Positions 1 to 8,501 of a stretch of DNA of 14,060 nt are shown one piece after another. The position numbers were made by a program, and so were the translations under genes. Origin of the DNA: Promethearchaeota archaeon (GTDB lineage Archaea > Asgardarchaeota > Lokiarchaeia > Sigyniarchaeales > SOKP01). Position 1 is the stretch's first letter, and every line of letters begins with the position of its first letter. The DNA is taken from NCBI GenBank assembly GCA_048938445.1, contig JBHLME010000116.1:1-14060 (forward strand). The letters are read 5' to 3'. Under the pieces are notes generated by a model. It saw only the letters and a program-made list of their open reading frames with translations, was not told where the DNA came from and did not search any database.

Positions 1-1660
1 TAATAGTAATATTAACAAAGAATGGGAGATTATTATCTATATCAACATAATCTACAGTAAACCTTACGAAAACGTCATTACCTTCAAATAGAGAGGATAT
101 TTGAGGATAGACTAATTCTGGAGCATAATTATTTACTAAATTTACTTGTAAGTCATTATAAGTATTGCTTGAACTTTTATGAATTCTTTCTGCACATTCA
201 ATTGAATATGAATAATTAAAAGGTGATGGAAATAGTCGAGTTGAAAATATAAATTTGCATCCATCCGTGTAATCAACATCTAATGGATTTTCTTTATGCA
301 TTATATAAGTTGAATCATTTATCATGAGATGCACATAACTAGGTGCATCATTATCGATATCAGTATAGATAACTGAAAAATTATATAGTGTTGATTGATC
401 TCCTACATATGGATCAACAGATATGGATGATAAAATGGGTTCATTTTCATTTTTAGTATAATTAAATAAAATGGAAGTATGATAAACATAACTATCTGGA
501 AAAGTGTAAGAATTATAATAATTAGTATCAAGTCCTAAATTTAATCCAGAAAGGAAAAATTCTTTAATACCATTCAAGTCATGATAATTAAATACAATAT
601 CTCCAGACTCAAATAAGACTACTTGAAAATTACCATCGAATTTAGGTGATATAGCATTGATCCACTCTGCAACCCAATAAGTCTCGAAGGATTTAACATA
701 AACCATTGCTCCATCCAAAATGTAAGTGTTAAAATCACCCAAAAGGGGAGCTATCATATAATGATAAGATGGATCACCATTGGGAATAGAGATATAATCT
801 TCAATTAAGATTGGACTCGAATCTGTAAAACTAATATAACCTTTACCACTAACATGTACAGTAGAAAATGTTTTATTATAAAAAGTAAAATTGAAGGGTA
901 AATCATAAGATGAATACCCTATTTCTAGTACTGAGAATCCTATTCCGTCAGAAGTATCAATCCAATTATAATGGTATCCCACTTTCATATCATAATTCCT
1001 GGGATTGGTTTCTATCACAATGGGTCTCTCCGATACATTAAGATTTGTGTAAGTAACTGATGTGTTAATGAATACTCCATCTGAACAGTTAAAAAAATAT
1101 GAAGAGATACCGATATCATCAATTTGAGTACTATAACTATAAATACACCCATCGATATAACAATCATCAAGGGGATCTTGTTTTTTCATGTCGTATTTAA
1201 CGGAATTCAAGATGAGATTTACTGAAGTGGGCATGTTGTTATCTTGATCGGTATAATTAACAAAAAATGTAAATAGAGTACTTCCATTATATCCTATCTG
1301 AGGACTGACATGGCCTTCTGATAAAAGAGGTGCTAAATTATTAATCTCATTGACTTCTAAATCATTATGAATAGAGGTCGTGTCAATAAAAGCACCATCT
1401 GAACACTCAAAATAGTAGGTATAATTATGTAATGCTGGTTGAAAATAGGTTAAATATTGAAAAACGCACCCATCTTCATAATTATTATCTAAAGGATCAA
1501 CTTTTTGCATGGCATGTGGAGTTCCATTAACAACAACATTAATATAAGCTGGATGGAAATTATCTGCATCATTATAAGTTATTGAGAAGTTAAAAATGTG
1601 GTTTTGAAATTCGGAATGTGGAGTGAGTTTTTCATTTGTAAGAGATGGGGCAAATTCATT
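1..1660 (-). repeat. Four ~106-aa intragenic protein repeats (starts ~1660, ~1339, ~445, ~130; the last is truncated)
   Basis: Shared pattern N.AP.L...V.P......F.F.V.Y.D.DN..P..V...N.....M.K.DPLD..Y.DGC...Y......C(SDG). Examples: TYNDADNFHP / NYTDQDNNMP / IYTDIDNDAP / DYVDIDNNLP, and DPLDNNYEDGC / DPLDDCYIDGC / NPLDVDYTDGC. Confidence 0.9.
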
Positions 1661-4087
1661 TGGTAAGAAACTTACAGAAGCATTACCACTTCCATATATT
1701 GCTTTTACGATGAGATAATACTTTCCTGTTGTTGTAGGGATAAAATCTATAATTTCATCTTCACCTAATGCTGATGAAATACTTGATGCAACCATTATGG
1801 GTAATCCAATATCATTTGGAGAACTGCTATATAAATGTAAATCAAAATCTACTCCATCTGGAACATTTAATTTTAATTTGTAATTTACTCCCTTAATTAA
1901 ATCCAAGTTACAACCAAATCCATGCTTTTCAAATGGATCTATAACACTACTGGATATAATCATGCTCTTCTCGGAATTTATATCTAAATTTTGTGTAATG
2001 GTTTCTAAAGCAATATCTACATTCATTCTTCCGTATCCTTCATGGGCATCTCTTCCTCCACGATTGAGGAGGGGGCTATATTGTTCTGTACTTAATTCTC
2101 TCATCAGAGGATAAGTTTCTGTTGCTGACATCAATAGTAATGCCTTAATTCTAAGTACCTCAATAGCAGTATAATTCCAATTTTGGTGACCGCCCATAGC
2201 TTCAATTAATAAATTTACAGCACCAGCAACAGCAGGACAAGCCATTGAAGTTCCTTGCATACTAGCTAAATCATCGGGATACCCATCTGCAAATTGAATT
2301 CCAGCATCATAATCATTGCTGTCTGCGGAAAAGAACGTGCCACTAAGACGACTTCCTCCCGGAGCCATTATGTCCGGTTTATTGCTAGAACCTTGACTAC
2401 TATAAGAAGTAACTCGATCATCATTACCCATAGCAGCAACTGTAATTACTTTATCAGCATCTCCAGGAGAGCCAATATGATTTCCCTCAGGACCACGATT
2501 GCCAGCTGAAGTTACTACAACAATTCCTTGATCCACAGCATTATTGACTGCATTAATTACAGAGGTTTCACCGTCAGAATCATAACCCAAGCTCATTGAA
2601 ATAGTAGTTATGTTATATTTTATTTTATTGTATACCACCCAATTTATACCAGCTAGTAAACACGATGTTAATCCAGATCCCTTCTCATCCATTACCTTTA
2701 CTCCTACTAATTTAGCATCTGGAGCTACTCCTTTAAAAGGTTCATTAATATCAAATAGCTCTGGATTAAAAGGCCAATGGATTACTCCTCTAATTCCAAA
2801 ATAGGGATATCTACAATAATCATCTGAATCTCCATCAATAAAATTAATAGCATATCTTAGGGAGTAATCTCCCAAATCTCCACTTGTTACAATATAGGAG
2901 AGCGTGTGTGTCCAACTACTCGCGGATGTAGTGAATTCATCTACAATAACTTCATCATGATAGAGAAACACGTGTAATTCTACATTATCAACTCCTGGAG
3001 TCAAATCATTATAGAGACATTCAATTTCCACTATTCCTGGATCAGTAACTTGAAACCTTGATGCAATCGTCTCAAGAATCTGAGGATCAACGTAAGATCC
3101 TCTATAATCAATGTTCAATCCGTGAGTCGCGACTGTACGACCATTAGTATCTAATGACAGATTTCCATTACCTGCTGCAATTCCACTACAATGTGATCCA
3201 TGACCATGGTCATCATAGGGAGCGGAAATGCCATTTACTTGATCATTCCACCCTACAATTTTTGAAGTAAAATCACCATCAGAGTATCCTGGAGAAAATA
3301 ATGGATGGGTGTCATCAATACCCGTATCTAAAATGGCGATCGAACTATATCGATCGCCTGTATTGGTAAGATTTTTCCAGACATATGGTCTGAGGTTCAT
3401 ATTTCTCGAAGAATAATACAATTCCGTTTTACATTCAAGATCTTCTTCAATAAAAAAGGGGATCTCATTTTTATTTAAAATTGAAATAAAATCATTAAAG
3501 GCATTATAATCAACTTTGCCAGCAAAACCATTGAGGGCTGATTTGTACTCAAAGTGTATTATACCACCAAGATCTTCAAATAGGGAAGAAATTGGCTCAT
3601 AATTACATTCAGGGAATTGAATGATGATTGAGAGCTCCTCGCTACTAAGAGTATTAGACTCAAGTTGATTTATTGAGCCACTTAAATCTTTTAAAATTTC
3701 ATCTGGGGCAATATATTTTTTATTTTCTATTTCGGAACTCGTCGTAATAGTTGAATCTTTAAACTTATCAAGTTTTAATTCAAATTGATCATTTATTCCA
3801 TTAAGATTTTCATCCGCATTGAGTAAAGATTCTCTCCAAGTATAGAGATCTACAATATTTAATTCTTTCAAATCTATTGGGATCATGTCAGAATGATTAG
3901 AAAGCATGACTTCTTCAGAATAATAAGATTTGAAATCGGTAATTGGATTTATATAAAATATCCTGAAAAAGTTATAATTAAGTGAATGAAAATTAGAAAA
4001 AACTGAAATAATAATCACAAATGATAAAAATAGGCCTTTTAACCTAATTTTTCTCAAGGAATTTTTGGATAATGTTTTTACAGACAT
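1..4087 (-). CDS. Large secreted multidomain S8 (subtilisin-like) serine peptidase, 3'-truncated at the window edge (>=1362 aa)
   Basis: Manual minus-strand translation is open from ATG 4087 (alternative in-frame ATG 4096) to base 2. The N-terminus is basic then hydrophobic (MSVKTLSKNSLRKIRLKGLFLSFVIIISVF). An I9-like prodomain follows (~3650-3430, YKSALNGFAG). Catalytic motifs: IAILDTGID (Asp 3326-3328), DDHGHGSHCSG (His 3200-3202), SAGN (Asn 2498-2500), QGTSMACPAVAG (Ser 2246-2248). After these come a PPC-like domain (~1930-1670, DFDLHLY...GKYYLIV), ~106-aa repeats and a NIDO-like segment. Confidence 0.95.
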   Translation of the reverse strand, partial: MSVKTLSKNSLRKIRLKGLFLSFVIIISVFSNFHSLNYNFFRIFYINPITDFKSYYSEEVMLSNHSDMIPIDLKELNIVDLYTWRESLLNADENLNGINDQFELKLDKFKDSTITTSSEIENKKYIAPDEILKDLSGSINQLESNTLSSEELSIIIQFPECNYEPISSLFEDLGGIIHFEYKSALNGFAGKVDYNAFNDFISILNKNEIPFFIEEDLECKTELYYSSRNMNLRPYVWKNLTNTGDRYSSIAILDTGIDDTHPLFSPGYSDGDFTSKIVGWNDQVNGISAPYDDHGHGSHCSGIAAGNGNLSLDTNGRTVATHGLNIDYRGSYVDPQILETIASRFQVTDPGIVEIECLYNDLTPGVDNVELHVFLYHDEVIVDEFTTSASSWTHTLSYIVTSGDLGDYSLRYAINFIDGDSDDYCRYPYFGIRGVIHWPFNPELFDINEPFKGVAPDAKLVGVKVMDEKGSGLTSCLLAGINWVVYNKIKYNITTISMSLGYDSDGETSVINAVNNAVDQGIVVVTSAGNRGPEGNHIGSPGDADKVITVAAMGNDDRVTSYSSQGSSNKPDIMAPGGSRLSGTFFSADSNDYDAGIQFADGYPDDLASMQGTSMACPAVAGAVNLLIEAMGGHQNWNYTAIEVLRIKALLLMSATETYPLMRELSTEQYSPLLNRGGRDAHEGYGRMNVDIALETITQNLDINSEKSMIISSSVIDPFEKHGFGCNLDLIKGVNYKLKLNVPDGVDFDLHLYSSSPNDIGLPIMVASSISSALGEDEIIDFIPTTTGKYYLIVKAIYGSGNASVSFLPNEFAPSLTNEKLTPHSEFQNHIFNFSITYNDADNFHPAYINVVVNGTPHAMQKVDPLDNNYEDGCVFQYLTYFQPALHNYTYYFECSDGAFIDTTSIHNDLEVNEINNLAPLLSEGHVSPQIGYNGSTLFTFFVNYTDQDNNMPTSVNLILNSVKYDMKKQDPLDDCYIDGCIYSYSTQIDDIGISSYFFNCSDGVFINTSVTYTNLNVSERPIVIETNPRNYDMKVGYHYNWIDTSDGIGFSVLEIGYSSYDLPFNFTFYNKTFSTVHVSGKGYISFTDSSPILIEDYISIPNGDPSYHYMIAPLLGDFNTYILDGAMVYVKSFETYWVAEWINAISPKFDGNFQVVLFESGDIVFNYHDLNGIKEFFLSGLNLGLDTNYYNSYTFPDSYVYHTSILFNYTKNENEPILSSISVDPYVGDQSTLYNFSVIYTDIDNDAPSYVHLMINDSTYIMHKENPLDVDYTDGCKFIFSTRLFPSPFNYSYSIECAERIHKSSSNTYNDLQVNLVNNYAPELVYPQISSLFEGNDVFVRFTVDYVDIDNNLPFFVNITI

Positions 4088-4450
4088 ATTCCTCATCAAT
4101 ATATTATTTATTTATTATTTTTGAATCAAATGGTTGAGATTCCCTAATTTTAATTATAATTTAAAGATAATGATTTTAAGTCCAGTAATTAAATATTTAA
4201 TCGAAATAATATAAAAATGGATCTGGTAAATTATTGAATTATAAAGTCAAAAATTGAAAATATTAGAAAGAGAAAATTGAAAACTTTTAGTTAAGAATGG
4301 ATACAACCTATGGAAGATTTCAAACTTTTTAGTAATTTTAAAACTTCTATAATTCAATTAAGTTTTAATAGGATTAAAAAAATTAGTGATGCTATTGATG
4401 AAATTTGATATGATATCAAGAGCTTTACTAGAATTATATTGAATAAATGA

Positions 4451-4768
4451 TTACTTTTGTTTTATCAATTGATCAAGCGTGACTTTATTATAGATTCGTC
4501 TTATATAACTACATTCTGAATTGCTACATTTCATTCCACTTGGCTCTAAGCTTGGATCTGGCTCAAGTAAGTGAGTGCATCGTGGACATCTTATTTGTGG
4601 CTTAGTAATAAAAATCCCAAGTTTTTTAGCTTGATTTGTTTCTATAGTTACTTCAAGTTCTCCCAAATGGCTCCATCCTAAGTTTTTGACTAAACTCGAG
4701 GGAATAATCAAGACTTCTGAATCTTCATCTTCATCATCAAAAAAATACGTTTTATATCGCTTCGACAT
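4451..4768 (-). CDS. AbrB/MazE/SpoVT-like swapped-hairpin protein with C-terminal zinc ribbon (105 aa)
   Basis: LIIPSSLVKNLGW...ELEVTIE resembles the AbrB-family IPxxxxxxLG motif. CPRC-x15-CSNSEC is a four-Cys Zn-ribbon pattern. ATG start. Confidence 0.6.
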   Translation of the reverse strand: MSKRYKTYFFDDEDEDSEVLIIPSSLVKNLGWSHLGELEVTIETNQAKKLGIFITKPQIRCPRCTHLLEPDPSLEPSGMKCSNSECSYIRRIYNKVTLDQLIKQK

Positions 4769-4932
4769 TTAAAGTCCCTAACTTTCAATTTTAATTATTT
4801 AATTAAGATATATTATAAACTAAATATAAACATATCATTCATTACACTTACATTTTTATAAAATAATTTTTTTTGTCTAAAATTTATAATCAATTACTTC
4901 AGTAAAATGTTCCTGTAGGTTTATAATATTAG

Positions 4933-5715
4933 TCATGAATTAAATTTATCCTTGAAAATGCTGTCCCTATAACAAGCTTTTATGCATTTACCACATACAT
5001 CGTAGCTTAGTCTTAAAGAAATGATAAACTTTCGACAATTTTCTCTATAGTCTTTAAATTTATGCTTATTTTTTAAAATAGGGCAAATATCCAGACATGC
5101 AGTACATTCTCCACACTGGTTTTCCATTTTTTCACCTTGAATTAATGGAAGATTACTTAAAATTGAAGTAAAACGTACTGTGGGTCCGTGACTTTTTGTA
5201 ATAAGTAATTCATTCTTTCCTCTCCACCCTATACCTGCCTGTTCAGCAACAACTCTATGTGAAATTGTATGTGGATAATAATCGATCACGTTGGAAATAT
5301 TTTCTGCAGGTACTCCCGTAGTAGGAGGGAAGGCAAAACCACCAAAATTTTGAGCTATTAACTCGCCAATTTCTTTTAACATATCATTCAAATGCTTGTA
5401 TTCTTTAGCATACCTGTTCCAATGGTCTTTCTCTAATTTATCATTTATCTCAATATTAATATTATCAATGGTATCAGGATGATAAAAGATACCTAATGAT
5501 ATGATGCTTCCTGTTTTTAAGAAATCCTGAAGATTATTATTCAGAACCTCATTAAGTTTTTCTTGTTGAACTGGCATAAGTACCTTGTATACAGCAGAAA
5601 ATTTGGAAACTCCAAAAATCCCTTTATAATTTACTTTCTGTAAATAATTAAGGAAAAAATTGTGGATTTCAGCCGTGTTTTTCGTTTTTTGTTTTTGTAT
5701 CTGTTCTGTTGGCAA
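4933..5715 (-). CDS. QueG/reductive-dehalogenase-superfamily Fe-S protein (two [4Fe-4S], probable cobalamin binding)
   Basis: SHRVVAEQAGIGWRGKNELLITKSHGPTVRFTSILS matches the AxxAGxGxxGKNxL...GxxVR motif of QueG/RdhA-like proteins. Eight Cys are present: CGECTACLDICP...C...CGKCIKAC. The TTG start is uncertain. Confidence 0.8.
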   Translation of the reverse strand: MPTEQIQKQKTKNTAEIHNFFLNYLQKVNYKGIFGVSKFSAVYKVLMPVQQEKLNEVLNNNLQDFLKTGSIISLGIFYHPDTIDNINIEINDKLEKDHWNRYAKEYKHLNDMLKEIGELIAQNFGGFAFPPTTGVPAENISNVIDYYPHTISHRVVAEQAGIGWRGKNELLITKSHGPTVRFTSILSNLPLIQGEKMENQCGECTACLDICPILKNKHKFKDYRENCRKFIISLRLSYDVCGKCIKACYRDSIFKDKFNS

Positions 5716-5744
5716 TTTATTCTGTCCTATTTGAGATATTCGGT

Positions 5745-6149
5745 TTAATTTAAAAGATGTTCTCGGTGTATGACTATGACTTCAGCATTCAACCAGCAAA
5801 GTTCATCATAACTCAATCCGGAATGATGTATCTCCTCAGCTAACTTCCTTATATCTTCCTCAGAAACATTTGAGTAACCTTTTTCTATACTTAATTTTCG
5901 CTCTGCGAGTAGCCAGCATAATTCATCAAAACTAAGCTCGTTTAATGAGATAAAATATGCCTCTTCTCTGACTAATGTCTCAAAATCTTTCTCAGGTTTA
6001 ATGAACGTTGGTTCAGGTTCATAAACTTCAACTTTTGGTTCCGATACTTCTACGACAGTTCTATATTTCTTTAGCTGCTTTAACCATTTTAAAATGTTTC
6101 TCTCTTGTTCACTCAATTTATTTTTCTTTTCTACTTCAATAATTTCCAT
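5745..6149 (-). CDS. Hypothetical protein with two 40-aa helical repeats (DUF2934-like)
   Basis: VREEAYFISLNELSFDELCWLLAE and IRKLAEEIHHSGLSYDELCWLNAE lie 120 nt apart. The IRxxAY...WxxAE pattern recalls DUF2934. Confidence 0.7.
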   Translation of the reverse strand: MEIIEVEKKNKLSEQERNILKWLKQLKKYRTVVEVSEPKVEVYEPEPTFIKPEKDFETLVREEAYFISLNELSFDELCWLLAERKLSIEKGYSNVSEEDIRKLAEEIHHSGLSYDELCWLNAEVIVIHREHLLN

Positions 6150-6258
6150 AACCCTTCAGACATTGTTATTATACTTATTTGTAGAAAAATAATAGATGAT
6201 TTCACTTATAAATCTTTATTTAAAAACTAAATAAATTCTCATGAACATGGAAATCTTT

Positions 6259-6292
6259 ATTACATAATGTAATTTAATCAAAAATGATTAAA
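6259..6292. promoter_or_regulatory. Two abutting perfect inverted repeats (candidate operators) immediately upstream of the DUF362 start
   Basis: ATTACAT-A-ATGTAAT (6259-6273) and TTTAATCA-AAAA-TGATTAAA (6273-6292). The ATG is at 6294, and a TATA-like TTTATTA lies at 6256-6262. Confidence 0.55.
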
Positions 6293-6293
6293 G

Positions 6294-8390
6294 ATGGATA
6301 GACATAAAGTCGCTATTGGACAATATCGAAAGAAATTTACTTCAGTAAAAAAGGTAATTAACCTTTCTGATGCGTTTAACGCCCTTTCTGGGAATGAAAG
6401 GGTATATTTAAAACCCAACATCGTCTTTTGGTCAAAAGATCCCTATTATTTAAAATATGGAGTGATTACTACATCTCGAGTAATGGAAGATGTGATCATT
6501 GCATTAAAAGAAATAGGAATAAATGATATCACCATAGGAGAGGGCACTGTAACGTCAAAACCAAATGATTTTGAAACTATTCACCATGCTTATGAAACAT
6601 TAGGTTATAATAAATTTAAAAAACGTCATGGTGTGAAGGTTATCAATATTTTTGAAAGACCGTTTGAGAAAGTGGATTTAGGAGATGAAATTGAACTAAA
6701 TTTTAACGCCGATGCTTTACATAGCGATTTTATTATTAGCATTCCTGTTCTAAAAACTCATTCTCAAACAAAAGTGAGTTTAGGTATTAAAAATTTAAAA
6801 GGATTAATTGATATTAATTCCCGTAAAAAATGTCATACACCCGATACAGTAAAAGATCTAGAGTTTTATATTTCTCGTTTACCAAAAGATCTTCCTCCTA
6901 CAGCAGCAATCATAGATGGGATATATACAAATGAAAAGGGTCCAGGTATAGATGGGAAAATGCGAAGGAGCAATATTTTAGTTGCTTCTTCGGACCTTTT
7001 TGCCGCGGATAAAGTTGGTTCAATGATTCTTGGTTATGAACCTTCAGATATTGGCTATTTTGTCCAATATGCAAAAGACAATAATAGAGCGTTAGATCTG
7101 TCAGATATAGAGATTGTTGGAAAAAAAATCGAAGAAGTAAAGATACCTCTTGCATATAAATTTGAATACACTGAAGATGGTTATACTGCTGTTGCTTTTG
7201 AAAAAATGGGTATAAAAGGGCTTAACTATCGTGAATATGATAATTCTTTATGCACCTATTGCTCAAGATTAACATCAGTATTAATGAATTCTATTTCTTT
7301 TGCTTGGAATGGGACTCCATGGGATGATGTGGAAATTTTAACGGGAAAAAGAATGGAACCAACTCCAGGAAAGAAAAAAACCATTTTATTAGGACAATGC
7401 ATGGTAAACAAACATCGAAATAATCCTATTATTAACGAAATGATTCCAATTAAAGGATGTCCTGCTAAAGTAGAAAATATTGTAAATGCATTGAAAGATG
7501 CGGGAATTGATGTAAATCCTGAAATCATTGAAAACATGGATAATTTATCAAGATTAAATGCTTTAACATATAGACATCGATTTAATGAATTTGACGAATC
7601 TCATTTTATCGAAGATATAGTACCTGAAACTGTGCCTCCAATAGATGCTATTGGAGCCAGTCAATTATATTTTGACTATAAAGGGGATGCATTAAATTGC
7701 GAACAAGCTAAATTTGAAGTAAGATTCTTTGGAATAGTTGGAGAAAAAAATACAAATGCCATAAAAAATATTCTAATTGAAGGCCCCCAAGGATATGAAT
7801 TCCAATTTAAGAAACAGCGCTTTGACATTCAGAATCTTAATGGATATATCGTGGATAATTTTAACCGAGGTATGATTAAATTCTTGGCGCATGATACAAA
7901 TGGATACTTAGAAGATGGCAACTATAATTTTACAGTAGAATATTGGACAGATGATATTAGGACTAAATCACGCAATTTAAAAACAAATAATAACCTCATT
8001 AATGAATACAAGAAGAATAGGGATAAGATCATTTATTCTCACGAAAAAAAACCGGAATATGAAGGAGATCCTAGTATTTACGCGTCTACTTCATGGACAC
8101 CTCTGAGTAAATTTGGTAGTGTTGATGCATACTATCAAAACTACGTGTCTGAAGGTAAAATCTCCATAGTTAATTTCCATGATTTAATTTTCTCAGATGA
8201 TATTTTTACATTATCCCTCCTGATGCCCTCCTATGGTTTAAATAAAGAGTCTTCTTTATTAAACGCTCGTTGGCGCCCCTTAAAATTGGAAACAGAATAT
8301 AGTTGGAACACGGAAATATTTGACTCCAACAACTTTGAAAGTCTTAATACCAGAATAATGCAACCAACCCAACATTTTATAATCTCATGA
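6294..8390 (+). CDS. DUF362-domain Fe-S protein with central CxxC/GxC/GCP module and ~250-aa C-terminal extension (698 aa)
   Basis: DUF362 motifs: VYLKPNIV, TIGEG, IPVLKTH...SLGIKNLKG, IIDGI...GP, D..AAD. Cys codons at 7251 and 7260 (CTYC), 7398 (GQC) and 7458 (GCP). The beta-rich C-terminal region from ~7630 is unassigned. Confidence 0.85.
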   Translation: MDRHKVAIGQYRKKFTSVKKVINLSDAFNALSGNERVYLKPNIVFWSKDPYYLKYGVITTSRVMEDVIIALKEIGINDITIGEGTVTSKPNDFETIHHAYETLGYNKFKKRHGVKVINIFERPFEKVDLGDEIELNFNADALHSDFIISIPVLKTHSQTKVSLGIKNLKGLIDINSRKKCHTPDTVKDLEFYISRLPKDLPPTAAIIDGIYTNEKGPGIDGKMRRSNILVASSDLFAADKVGSMILGYEPSDIGYFVQYAKDNNRALDLSDIEIVGKKIEEVKIPLAYKFEYTEDGYTAVAFEKMGIKGLNYREYDNSLCTYCSRLTSVLMNSISFAWNGTPWDDVEILTGKRMEPTPGKKKTILLGQCMVNKHRNNPIINEMIPIKGCPAKVENIVNALKDAGIDVNPEIIENMDNLSRLNALTYRHRFNEFDESHFIEDIVPETVPPIDAIGASQLYFDYKGDALNCEQAKFEVRFFGIVGEKNTNAIKNILIEGPQGYEFQFKKQRFDIQNLNGYIVDNFNRGMIKFLAHDTNGYLEDGNYNFTVEYWTDDIRTKSRNLKTNNNLINEYKKNRDKIIYSHEKKPEYEGDPSIYASTSWTPLSKFGSVDAYYQNYVSEGKISIVNFHDLIFSDDIFTLSLLMPSYGLNKESSLLNARWRPLKLETEYSWNTEIFDSNNFESLNTRIMQPTQHFIIS

Positions 8391-8501
8391 TTTTAATGAG
8401 AAAAAGAGTAAATTTTAAACATATTTATCATAAGATATCATATTTAATTTAAAAAATCTAATTGTAATTTCATTACTAATAAAAGTGAAGGTATATCAAA
8501 T

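Noticed and set aside
2294-2804. Track ORFs 2294..2509 and 2610..2804 (+)
   Set aside because: Antisense shadows of the subtilase catalytic domain.
2735-3165. Insert in the subtilase as an intein
   Set aside because: No Cys/Ser start with a His-Asn end and no LAGLIDADG motif was seen.
4250-4350. Short repeats AAAATTGAAAA and AAACTTTT(T)AGT as CRISPR or operator array
   Set aside because: Too short, irregularly spaced and expected in very AT-rich DNA. No cas genes are present.
6910-7537. Track ORFs 6910..7155 and 7256..7537 (-)
   Set aside because: Antisense to the DUF362 gene, with no recognisable motifs.
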